This document shows, piece after piece, positions 14,727 to 26,527 of a DNA stretch of 64,000 bases. Numbering within the stretch: the stretch's first letter is position 1; every line of letters starts with the position of its first letter. Below the pieces are notes generated by a model. The model saw only the letters and a program-made list of their open reading frames with translations, was not told the DNA's origin and did no database searches. The position numbers and the translations under genes were made by a program. Origin of the DNA: Chrysomallon squamiferum. Lineage: Eukaryota > Animalia > Mollusca. The DNA lies in assembly GCA_012295275.1 (NCBI GenBank), contig CM022667.1:13268001-13332000 (forward strand). Direction: 5' to 3'.

Positions 14727-16898
14727 TCATACTACTCGTCTTTACTGACAGTCAAGGTTCTGTTTTACTTGCGGTTACTGCAGTGTTCCTTTGCACTTTG
14801 TAGACATTCGGATAAGTGTTACGGATTCTCCGAATTCCTACTAAAATAAACATTAACCTATTTGCTTCTCTCTCTCTACTTTTTTTTTTTTTTTTTAACT
14901 CTTTCTTTTTTGTCAAGCCCGTGAAATAACTAGAAACCTTCTGAGCGTTAATGATAGCTCTTTAAAACACTAAAAACACGCAGTCAGCGAAATATGAAGT
15001 CATAACATTTTAGTTACGATTTTATTTTTTCATAATTATTTGTTTTCGAAGTTTAACTTTTTCTTCAATTTTATCCTTGTTTTTGTTTTTATTTCTTCAC
15101 CTTCTTTTCTTTTTTCTTTTATTAATTTTAATTTAATTTATTTATTTATTACTTCCACAGTTAATAAATTTCCAAATGAGTGTTGATAACTGAGTGTGTT
15201 TGTGTGTGTGAGCGAGAGAGAGAGATAGAGAGAGACAGAGATAGACAGACAGACAGACAGAGAGAGAACGACAGCATGATACACAGTTAAACAGAGATAA
15301 AACAACAGAGATGGATGCGATACAATCAGATACATAACTTTTATTGTAATCAAGGCAGTTTCTCTCGTCCTGTAACGCGACACACATCCCTTATAAATCA
15401 GTCTCTATTAACACTTCTCTCTCTCTCTCTGTCTCTTCTTGTTTCTTTTCACCACGTAAGTGCACTACATTACTAACAGTAGGAGGCTTTTGTACCGCCC
15501 TTGTAATCCTAGATCTAGATGGCAACAGTGAGGCCATGCTCTCTCTATCCAGCTCTCGTGTTGACATTGGCTTCAGACTACCGACTGACGCAGAGATTGC
15601 CAGTGCGCTTAATTCCGATTCATCAAGTTCTCAGAAGAAATGTTAAGAATTTTTACTCGTCCTAAAGGAACAGGGCGTTTTTCTTTCTTCTTCGTCTCTT
15701 TTCCTTCTCTTCTTTAAACGAATGCTGCAAGTAATGTTGTAAGAAAATACAATACGGAAGTTGAATGAGACTGTATTTTATTTGGATATAATTTCTGTTT
15801 TAATTTATTTTCTTTTAATATCATCGTTAGTATTTATTTATTTATTTATTTAGTTAGTTAGTGAGTTTGTTCTAAAACGTTATTTTTTAATGTCTATTAA
15901 AATAATTATGAAATGATTATTATAAATATTCCGTTATTTTATAATTTAATTTGACTTTTTTAATGCATAGAAAATGAAAAAAAAACACACAAAAAAAACC
16001 CCACAAATAAAATAAATTAAAATGAGAAAAGAAAGAAAACAAACAGGAAAAATGAGGGAGGTAAATGAATTATCAAAATTCGGCTGCTACGCACGCGCAG
16101 TTTGTCTGCTGCTGTTTGTCCATTTCATAAACGACTTCTGCAGTCGTCATTACGAGTGTGTCTATTTGCACAGACAGGCAAATTACATATTTGAACAACA
16201 AAAAGCATTTAACCCAGTCCCGGATAAGGTATTTCCTACATAAGAAATGCAGGGAATTTATTAAACGAACAGGTATATATGTATGTTAAACTTTTTTCAA
16301 CACAACGATCGATTTCGAGGTGAATTTATTTGCAGAAGAATTTGTAAGAATTTAAACTGTAGATAAACATGGTATAAATATGCTTTGAAAAGCATAGCGG
16401 AAAAAAAATAAATGAGAGAAGAAAAAAGAAAACAAATCCTCTATCGAAGTACTTTAGTTATTATTAAAATTTACGAAAAAGGAAAAGATGTTAAATGTGT
16501 CGATTCGTTACAGTCTTTAGTAGATGTGTGCATGGTGGCTGATTGATTGAACGGTTTCTGATTGCTTTATTTGATTTTGTTAAAATTTGACGATTCCTGT
16601 ATTCTGTCTTGCTTGACATGTAACAGGTGTAACCGAAAATTCAAAGTAAGAACAGTTTGAAAATGTCTGTGAGAATGAGTTTCAAATTAGCGAATAATGT
16701 TGTGTTGTGTGTGTTAAAGATTTTATCAAAATACAGATGACGATTTGACAACGACGTAGACAACAATTATTATTTATTATTATTATTATTATTGTTATTG
16801 TTACTGTTATTGCTGTTGTTGTTGCTCTTGTTGTTATATGTGTGCGTATGTGAATTAGAGACAGCATTTCTGATATTTCTCTGTTTATGTTCTTTCAG

Positions 16899-17089
16899 AG
16901 AAGATTTCATCAGAAATACGGCAAAATCTTCAAGGAACCTTTTGGAACAGTTACAAACGTGTCCGTGGCGGACCCCTCCATGGTCGAGGACATACTGCGA
17001 TCAGAGGGAAAGTACCCGCTGAGGCCGCCATACGAATCCTGGGTTCTCTACAACAAAATGAGAAACAGAACCGGCGGAATAATGACAGC
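16899..17089 (+). CDS. CYP27-like: P450 coding exon (equivalent to CYP27 exon 2), 191 nt, phase 0/2
   Basis: Acceptor ttctttcag|AGA, donor GC|gtatgt; encodes RRFHQKYGKIFKEPFGTVTNVSVADPSMVEDILRSEGKYPLRPPYESWVLYNKMRNRTGGIMTA. Confidence 0.93.
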
Positions 17090-18573
17090 GTATGTATTCA
17101 GATCTGTCTTCTTCTTCTTCTTCTTCCTCTCTCTCTTCTTCGTCGACTTCATTTATTATTTCTACTATCACCACCGCTACTACTACTACAACTACTACAA
17201 CTACTACTCCTACTACTACTACCTCCTCCTATTCCTACTACTACTATTACGCTACTACTGCTACTACTATTATCACTCCTAACACCTTCGTTAAACATAA
17301 TTATAATAACCCTCATACAGGTCTTTTTTTTTTCCATTGATAGTTAAGTTAATTAAGGAATTCTTTATATATTTGTATGTAGATGACACACAAATATATT
17401 GTCACCTTCATATGTGCCAACCATATATGCGTATAGATGATGTAAGAAACACGAATTTTCTGTTTTATTTGGAGGGACATAGCTATATGCTTAGAATGCG
17501 GAGGGAAGAGAGAACAAATGATAGAGAGAAAGAGAAAGAGAGAAAGAAAGAGAGCGAGAGTTGAGACAGAAATAAAAACAGATGATAGAGAGAAAGAGAG
17601 AAAGAAAGAGAGCGAGAGACAGAGACAGAAATAAAACCAGTATTTTTATATTTTTTGAAAACACGGGAAACAAAACACTGTCACTTTCTTTCTGCAGTGA
17701 TGGCGAGCAATGGCGTCGGTGTCGAAGTGCCATGAACTCAAAGCTGAACAGACCCAAGTGTATCGGAGAGTACGTCGACGGAATAAACACAGTGGTGACG
17801 TCGCTCGTGGAACGGTTACGCTACCTGAAGGACACAGCAAGCGACGGTGGGTTCGTTCCCCAGCTTCCGAACGAAATAAACAAATTCACAATGGAAGGTA
17901 ATAAAGTTTTTTTTTTTTTTAATAATAACAAATCTGTAGTATACGATTATATATGAATCGATATATAACTATCTACGTACGTGCACACAGACATAGACAC
18001 ACACACACACATATATATACATATACCTAGATTATCTCCCACAGTGAAACGTACACACAAATATATTCATATGCAATACACGAGCACCTAATATACGCGA
18101 CGCTTAATTGAGTCAATAAAGTACATAATTTGTTTACATACGAAGTTTATTATCAAACTTCATGTCAGCTTATTATTAGCTGACATCGCATCTGTCAAGG
18201 TGAACTGTTTTAATCTGTGTGTTTTTGCTCTACATGTGTGCAGCGATAAGCGGAGATACGGTCACATAGCTCGTATTGTTTTGCCACATGTCGCCGTTTT
18301 TCAGCAACAGCATCCGATAACAATACGGTTTGTCCGATCAGTAAATCACTGCATCTTATCGCGAAGTGGTATCTTGAGAAAATACGTTTAACGTTTGCGT
18401 ATCTCTTTATCAACACTAATAATATCTGGTGTAGTATTCGCACAGATAAGCATAATGTCTATAGGTATGCGTGTGTGTACATGTGTGATTATGCGTATAT
18501 AGAATATATAAATCTATATATGCATTGATATGTAGGTGTATGATTAAGTCTGTAATTTAAAAATATGAACATA

Positions 18574-18604
<31 letters not shown>

Positions 18605-21544
18605 TATATATGTATGTATATCTAACATATACATATTTTTAAACATACGATTTCAATTAAAAAATATAATAGCACTGCATTTTAAAACTATACTTTTATT
18701 TATGGACTTAGGTTTATTTTTCAGATTGTATTAAAATAGCAATATTTTGAAACATAACCTAAAATGCACATCCCATGAAACATAGCGATATCTGAAAAAT
18801 AATATTAATTATCCTTGACCTTCAATAACAATTACATTCTGTTAAAACATACGTACAATCTTCTTAAAAATAAATAGTAAAATATATAGCAAAATTTAGA
18901 CTGTAATTATAACATTAAAAATTGCCTCTGTAATAAAAGAAAGAAACAAACAAACAAAAAAAAAAAATATATATATCTCATAAACATCTGAAACATAAAA
19001 TTATAACGCACCCATCAAACTGCGATCATTGCACTTTAAAATGGCGTCATGACCTTTGGCCTCTCATTCTAAATCCAGTTAAGTGTAATCAAAGGATTAA
19101 CTTCTGGCGTTTAAATTATGATCGATCTCATAAATTTTCTCTTGGCATATCGCAAGCTGTGCATAGGTCGACTTTTTAAGTGTAACTTGTGTGAGAACTG
19201 GAGATGCAGACCCGCAGCGTTAATCCTTTAATTGGGGCAAATGTCACATTATAAAGCTCTCTGTTAGATCCACGACAATAATTTATTACACGGATTTATT
19301 TTTGTCTCGCGTTAACGCTCGATTTCCGGGAGCGATGTTTTGCTACTGCACCTATCATGTGACTCGATGATGCACATTCATATTGCTTTGTTTTCTCATG
19401 TTCCTGAATTCAGTTTCAGTTAATCTTACTCTTGTTTGTATAAATTGTAATTATTTTGTTATTAGGACGATGTGATACCAGAAATGGGGAGTAGTATCAT
19501 TATGGTGAAATTAATTTCACAATAAAGAAAAACAGGCCAAATTAAAAACTATATATATATATATATTCTGTTGTCCTCATACTTGATCCGCATCCAATTT
19601 ATTTCGTTATTTATTTATATATGAGAAATATTACAATCAGCATAGCTTAACTGATATTTCTTATAACTGATAAAATCAAGTATAGTGAAATTGAAGGTAA
19701 CGCTAACATAAGTGTTCACAGACACAGCTAAATACGATTTTCGTGGATTAGACAATTCTGACATTGATGTATCCTATCACTATATCTGTTATTAAAATGA
19801 TTCATACTCATTTCCCATTTCTTTGCCATTACACCTCTCTGGCTCTCAGACCTTTATTGCAGGACACAGTCGTATAATGGAAATATTACTTTGACGTGTT
19901 TCATCATACTTGCATCTTTCTTTTCAGCACTTGTTTGGGTCATTCTCGAAATGCGACTCGGTTGTCTGGACAGGACAGTTCCACCGAAGATCCAGGAGTT
20001 CATAACGTCCGTCACAAAAATGTTTCTGACTGGCTCAAAACTCGTCGCCTACGCCAACGTCCAAAAGATGCTGAGGACAAAAGTGTGGAAGGAACACGTT
20101 AAATCGTGGGACGTCATTCATGACATAGGTATGCCTTGACGTTATTCATGATAAATACAGCCTTGACATTATTCATCATACACATATCGTTGTTGTTTTG
20201 ACATTATTCGTGACACATTTGACAGTTTTGACTTAATTCAGGTGACATAGAGGAATGTTTTGACTGCATATGTGATATAATATTGAGTGGTTATTCACTG
20301 CGTACGTATTATATATATAATATCTGTCCGTCATGGCTTCTTTGTCAATAAATCTTATAACAAGTGTGAAGTAAATGTGTTTCCATATACCTGAGTTTGC
20401 GTTAGACAATGGCGTATTTTACTGATCGTAAGACAAACTAATCTGGATTGTATGTTAAGAATTATTTACCCCATACCTACCACACTGTTATCGCGAAACG
20501 TTACAAAGGCCTCTATATTTTGGTTCTTTTGTTTAGGAATGTGCCATCAAAATTCACTTGTCGCGGTTAATTATTGGCATTAACTGTACATGCCACTATT
20601 AATTATTTGGCCACAGAATTCGTACGCCAGCAAGCGTTAGCATTACTCGGAATACACTTGCCACAATTAGACACCCTCAATAAACAAAGGCCACAATTAA
20701 TTTACAACCCTGAACATTACATATGTTGCAATTACTCAGTTTCCAGCAAAGTACGTATGTCTCAATTAATTCATTATGATCGAAATGTATCATATGCATT
20801 GCATATGCCACAGTTGATTAACAACCGCCAAAATACGTGTGCCACAGTTAATTTAATCATTCACACTGCATACTAATACGCCACAGTTAATTTAATTTCC
20901 ATCAGAGCATGGTTTGTTGTTCCTTTAAAGCAGTCGTGTGCAACAAGTAACCTAAATCTTCTTCCACAACTAAATCTTTCTTTCTTTCACGCCGTTTTTC
21001 TTTCTCTTAGCGTCAGAATACATCAACAAGAAGATGGTGGAAGTGGAAAGCAGGCTGTCCGTGGGAATACCAGAAGACGAGAGAGTTGACTTTCTTACCC
21101 ACTTGATGGCCAGCAACAAGATGACGAAGGAAGAGATCACAAACAACATTATCGAGATACTGATGGGAGGGGTGGACACGGTACGGCTACTTTTCACTCT
21201 GGTCTCAAAGACTCACACGGTGGGAGTTTGGACTTGACTAAAGAGAGAGTCTGAACTCTGCAGAACTGAGCTTTGAGACCAGATTGTGTTAATCTGTCTT
21301 CATCTTCTTCTTTTTTTTCTTCTTTAGAGAAATCGTCTTCATGGTCATTTTATTTGTATGATTTGTCTTCTCCTCCTTTGCTTCGTTGTCATAATTTCCA
21401 CCATAATCATTATGTTGTTGTTGTCATTATCATTCTCATCAACATAATCAATGTCATCATCATATTTATCATCTTCACCATCATCATAATCAACATTATC
21501 ATCATATTATGATCTTCACAACGATTATTATTATTATTATCATT

Positions 21545-21588
<44 letters not shown>

Positions 21589-21592
21589 TCAT

Positions 21593-21635
<43 letters not shown>

Positions 21636-24034
21636 CTGGTCTCAAAGCTTGTATTGCGTTAAGATCTAGAGTTTTTGCGTGAATCCAGACACTAAAATAA
21701 AAATTAAATATATCGGAAGAAGGGGACCAGATTTTGTATACTTGAGAGGACATTGAAATCAAATCTGATTCATCTGTTGCAGGTTTTTATTATCTTGTTA
21801 ACCAAAAACATAACACTGACCAGGACCCAGTCCAAGTGTCGATTTGTACATAAAGACTCGATATAGTTCTTGTGAATAAAATTGAAAATAGATAAATATT
21901 TGTGAAAACGTAAGTATTATCGATTCACCAAACGAATCCAAGATCATGGTGAAACAAGCTAGAACAAAAGTTTCTACTGGAGAATATTTTTCACAGTATA
22001 TAATAGTACATTATGGTATGTGTTATTTCCATTTCGTCTGTGTGTATATATCTTCTTGTTGAGACTAATCATTGCTTTGATTGGACAAAAAGACGAAATT
22101 AATTTTCTTACACATTATCTGATTGGATGACGTCAGATTAACCTTCTGGTTATGGTTTTAAAACATGAATTTATAAATGGTGAATGGAAAGCATGACAGC
22201 CCTAAACTCTTAAATATATTTTCAGACCGGTAACTGTTCTTCGTTTTTTAAATCAATGTTTTAGTTATTTTTTCCTTTCTCCTTCCAGGCTGCAAACTCC
22301 ATGTCGTTCCTCTTTTATTCTTTGGCGAAACACCCGGATGTTCAAAAGAAGTTACAGACGGAAGTTGACAACCTTTTAGGTCAGCGACCTGCCAGTTACG
22401 AAGACTTGCAGAGCATGCCTTACCTCAAGGCCATTGTCAAGGAAACGCTTCGTATGTATCCGCCTATCCCCGTGAATGCTCGGATCATGCAAGACGACAT
22501 TACGATAGACAACTATACAGTTCCGAAAGGGGTGAGTATTTTAAATCTGATCCATAAATGGCTTTTATTAATGAAATTTTTTTTTCTTTTGTTTTTTTTT
22601 TTATTTTGTTTGACTGAAGAATTTTTCAGTACTGGTTTTGCCTGACAATTCAAAAACAAAACAAATTTCACACCAATCGTTAATCACAATTTAGGTTTTA
22701 CGAGTAACTGATATAATCCTGAATTTCCTCTTATCAAAACCACAACAACGATCTCTTGTCAGCTTACTGTAGATATTCTAGATAAAATTAGACCTTTCTC
22801 CGATATTCACTTACAAATACATCATTGTATTATTGAAAAAAATCTCATCGCAATACATTTAGCCAAGAAATGGAAACCGCCTCACGAATATGATCCTCTG
22901 GTCTATCGCTTTGTGTGCAAGCAGTTTGATTACGATCTCAAATTTTCTCTTGCTTTATTTATTTATTTGCTTAAACGTGATTCAGTTTTGTATCTATATA
23001 CAAATTAAATGTATGACTGTCTTTGACAGGTATGTATAATTTATATTGATTTTTACTTACTTACTATTTCTTATTAACACAGACTTGCATTTTACTGAAC
23101 AACTACACAATGTCAAGAGACGCTTCAATCTTCAACGAGCCCGAATCGTTCATGCCAGAAAGATGGCTGAGAGAGGAATCGCGCCACTGGCACCCGTTCT
23201 CTGCCATCCCGTTTGGCTACGGTGCAAGAGCTTGCATTGGTAAATATGTTTGTTTGGTTAAAAATCCTTAGATCGAAGTTACATCCTGAACAGTGATTAA
23301 CTGACTGGAATAAAGCCTCGAATAAGTTAAATTCGTTACGTAGTTATTAAAATGAGTTGAATTTATTGTTATTTTTGTTTGCTGGTGGAGACGAGTTTTA
23401 AGTGAAGTGTTAAATAGACGTATGAAGTTGACGTCGATTTCTTTTAAATTCTTTTATTTATTTGTTTTGCTCTTCTAGGAAATGTTTTTTTTTGTTTGTT
23501 TGTTTTTTATTTTTTTTTTTTATTTTTTTTTTTTTACGTTAACAATTTTACTTTGAATATCAGTTTCTGAGTTGTATTATCATTTGTTTCACAGGTCGCC
23601 GTTTGGCAGAAACAGAGATGTACCTGGCTACGATACAGGTTAGTTTCAGTGTCTATTATTGCTTGAAAAAGTACCAGAGTAAATGCTTAGTAATAACACA
23701 ACGCAAAGATAATTTCTGATGGTTTGCTGGAAAAACTGCATATGTGTTAGCTTTAGGGTAAACATACAGATACGTATGTACGAATTTCAGTATGTAGGTA
23801 TGCATTAATATTAAAAACAGCATTACTTATTTACTGACTGACTTACTTTCTTACTTGCTACCTTATGTATTACCTATCTAAAACGAATTTATTTATTTAT
23901 TTATTTATTTATCTATGTTACAGATTTGTCAGAACTTCACCATGGTACTCAGTGACAAGTTTGACATTACTCCCAGTGTTCGCACGCAGCTGACACCAGG
24001 ACCAGAACTTCCCATTCTTCTGGAAGAGCGATAA
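16899..24034 (+). CDS. CYP27-like: Mitochondrial-clan cytochrome P450, CYP27-like; 5'-partial, 8 coding exons in window (1317 nt, 438 aa + stop)
   Basis: Manual splicing at GT-AG sites keeps one frame. Motifs: KYGKIF, EGKYPLR, C-helix WRRCR, RLGCL, I-helix MGGVDT, K-helix [10 protein letters not shown] (ExxR plus the two Lys typical of adrenodoxin-binding mitochondrial P450s), MPERW, heme motif [16 protein letters not shown]. Family call is from recalled similarity to vertebrate CYP27A1/B1, not a search. Confidence 0.93.
17698..17897 (+). CDS. CYP27-like: P450 coding exon (exon 3 equivalent), 200 nt, phase 2/1
   Basis: Acceptor ctttctgcag|T, donor G|gtaata; encodes DGEQWRRCRSAMNSKLNRPK...LPNEINKFTME (WxxxR motif). 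Confidence 0.93.
19928..20128 (+). CDS. CYP27-like: P450 coding exon (exon 4 equivalent), 201 nt, phase 1/1
   Basis: Acceptor cttttcag|CA, donor G|gtatgc; encodes ALVWVILEMRLGCLDRTVPPKIQEFI...WKEHVKSWDVIHDI. Confidence 0.92.
20110..20278 (+). repeat. Degenerate 27-35-bp tandem repeat, about 6 units, overlapping the exon end
   Basis: Core GAC(G/A)T(C/T)ATTC(A/G)TGA recurs; the first unit spans the splice donor at 20128/20129. Confidence 0.8.
20590..20900. repeat. Degenerate intronic repeat with GCCACA(G/A)TTAATT core
   Basis: About 7 irregularly spaced copies of GCCACAGTTAATTT-like words. Confidence 0.65.
21011..21180 (+). CDS. CYP27-like: P450 coding exon (exon 5 equivalent), 170 nt, phase 1/0
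   Basis: Acceptor tctcttag|CG, donor ACG|gtacgg; encodes ASEYINKK...DFLTHLMASNKMTKEEITNNIIEILMGGVDT (I-helix). Confidence 0.92.
22289..22531 (+). CDS. CYP27-like: P450 coding exon (vertebrate exons 6+7 equivalent), 243 nt, phase 0/0
   Basis: Acceptor ccttccag|GCT, donor GGG|gtgagt; encodes AANSMSFLFYSLAKHPDVQKKL...[23 protein letters not shown]...YTVPKG. Confidence 0.95.
23083..23239 (+). CDS. CYP27-like: P450 coding exon with PERW and heme-Cys motif, 157 nt, phase 0/1
   Basis: Acceptor taacacag|ACT, donor G|gtaaat; encodes [52 protein letters not shown]. This frame is not shown in the ORF track. Confidence 0.95.
23595..23638 (+). CDS. CYP27-like: P450 44-nt small exon, phase 1/0
   Basis: Acceptor tttcacag|GT, donor CAG|gttagt; encodes GRRLAETEMYLATIQ, completing the CIGRRxAE motif. 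Confidence 0.92.
23924..24034 (+). CDS. CYP27-like: P450 terminal coding exon, 111 nt including TAA
   Basis: Acceptor tgttacag|ATT; encodes ICQNFTMVLSDKFDITPSVRTQLTPGPELPILLEER*, a typical P450 C-terminus. Confidence 0.9.
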   Translation: MCQNFTMVLSDKFDITPSVRTQLTPGPELPILLEER

Positions 24035-24525
24035 ACGAATTTAAGAAAAGGAAGAATTTACGAACAAAACAGAAGCAACAATGGCGGAAAAGTAACAAAA
24101 ACTGAAGAAACATCGCAATAGACAATCATAATTCGAACAAAATAAGAAAAAATAATAAAAAAAAAAAAGAAAAGAAAAACAAAAAGAAAATACTTTGTCC
24201 AGTTTGAAGAACTTCGTGTGTTCATTTGGTCACGTGACAATAATAACAATACATAGAGCCACCTTTACTTCAACTTTGACTTTTAAAACAAAAAATGGAT
24301 GAACAAAAAAATTAGAGAGAAGGTTGTAATATAGTAACAACGCATGGTATACTCAGGGTTAATGAAAATGATTTTTTTTTTTTTTTTAAAAACGAAACTA
24401 ATGACACAAGAACTGTGCCCTCATTTTTTGTGACGAAATGTGGTGATGTTGTGTATATAGAAATGACGTCATGTGACTATTAGTTTTTACCCATTCTGTG
24501 CATATTCACGAAATCAGTGTATGGC

Positions 24526-24531
24526 AATAAA
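24526..24531 (+). terminator. Candidate polyadenylation signal of the P450 (3' UTR about 0.5 kb)
   Basis: AATAAA followed by CA and a GT/T-rich tract. Another AATAAA lies near 24155, so the choice is uncertain. Confidence 0.4.
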
Positions 24532-24828
24532 TAATTTATTCAGTGTATTTTTTTTTTTTTTCAATACTTATTATTATTATTTTATTTTTTTTATTATTAT
24601 TATTCCTGTGACTTTTTAAATTTTCGAGGGTGACAGGCGGACATTGTTTAAAACCACCACATGCTGCATATTGTGGACAATTGATACCAAAGACAGGGTG
24701 GTCGGATTTTGGAGTAACGGGTATGTTTGATTCTAATTGTGTAAAACGACAATATATATACATATGTGTATATGTATGTATGTATACAGTAGCATGTAGT
24801 TAATGATAATGATAGCCTGTGTTTAGAT

Positions 24829-24863
<35 letters not shown>

Positions 24864-25139
24864 ATTATTATTATTATTATTATTAAGAAGTGCATTTGAC
24901 TTCTTTTGTCTACCTCTTAACAAATATTCATTGGAGGCTTGTCTTAATTTTTCAAAAAGCTAACGAAAAACAGAAATAAAAGAATATAAGTTTATCGATT
25001 CCACGGTTTGAGGATTCAAATCAAACATTTCTTTATTTAAAAAAAAAAAGCAACAACATTATTATTATTATTATTATTTTAAACAGAGTAAAAAGAACAA
25101 GAACATTATTTAAAATATTGAGAAACCTATACGATTTGG

Positions 25140-25610
25140 TACGCACGATAATCGATATATTTGGCTATTTAGATTGTTGACTGTACATACACGATTATCG
25201 ATAACTATTTATAAAGTATTGTGTACAAACCCTAGATTCTGATAACTGCACTGTTGATATGTGTATACGATCATCAGCAACGTTAAGAAAATAGAATATC
25301 ATATATGCTGTTACCGGTATTGTTAAACAGTTGAATATAATATGTATAAACGATTATCGATACTTATCCAAGGAAATACGATTATCGATATAGCTAATTA
25401 AATTGTTGATAATATCTATCGGTACCTTTAACACCCTTTAAACATCACTTAAGTATGATTATCAATAACAGTTCACAACATATGTATATACAACTATCGG
25501 TATCGTTATCAAACCGTATTAATTTTTTATGATTATTCATAGCGAAAGTTGATAATATGTACATACGATTATCGATAGTGATATCTACACACTGAATCGT
25601 ATTGATTATA
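25140..25610. repeat. Degenerate array of ACGATTATCGATA
   Basis: Exact copies at 25191, 25350, 25378 and 25565; one-mismatch copy at 25145; several decayed copies. Confidence 0.85.
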
Positions 25611-25902
25611 GATTTTTGTCGACCCTATTACTTACTTTCCGATGTTGTTCGATCCAGTTAGGCTGTGACATATAAATGTATGGTATTTTAATAATCAGGT
25701 GGTATTGAAAAAAATAAAAATAAAATAAAAAATAATTAATTATACATGCGTTATTTGTAAAACGACGGTTCGATGTGAATCCGCGATCCTTAAGTGTTGT
25801 AGCTCTGTATATAATCACAATGCTCACTAGATGGTTTTTATTTATTTATTTTTAAATTACAATTACTATTACTATTATTATTGTTATTATTATTATTATT
25901 GA

Positions 25903-25939
<37 letters not shown>

Positions 25940-26311
25940 TATTATTAATTTTTTACTTTTTAACTTTGTTTTATTTTATTTTATTTCATCTATCTCGCAT
26001 TTTAAAATCTTCAAAATTTTTAACCTAATTATTACTCAGTTTTTAATTTTTGTTAAATTATTATTGAATTAATAATTTATTATTGTTTTAATTTAATTTC
26101 ATTAAATTATTTATTTCCTTGTTTTATATAATTTATTTAAGCCTTAATTACTTTAAAAAAATATATATTTAAAACAAATTTAATTCATTAATTTCATTAG
26201 TTTCATTTATTTATTTATTTTATAATTATTAAATTATTATTATTATTATTATTATTATTATTTCTATTATTATTACTATTATTATTATTATTACTATTAT
26301 TTTATTACTAC

Positions 26312-26358
<47 letters not shown>

Positions 26359-26527
26359 GTTGTTTTTAAGGTTTTATTGCAGTATTACTTCTATGATTGT
26401 ACCTCTTCTAACGACACATGATTTTTATTTTGTTTCATATTTAAGTGATTAAAAGTGACAGGAACTTTCATTGTTGTTTGTCGTTTTGTTTCTTTCTCTT
26501 ATTAAAATAAAATAAACTGATGACATA

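Noticed and set aside
24229-24238. Perfect GTCACGTGAC (CLEAR/E-box palindrome) in the 3' UTR
   Set aside because: A single motif in a non-promoter position; not distinguishable from chance.
25140-25610. CRISPR-like interpretation of repeat-spacer patterns (also 20110-20278 and 1925-2120)
   Set aside because: Eukaryotic context, short degenerate repeats, irregular spacing, and no cas genes.
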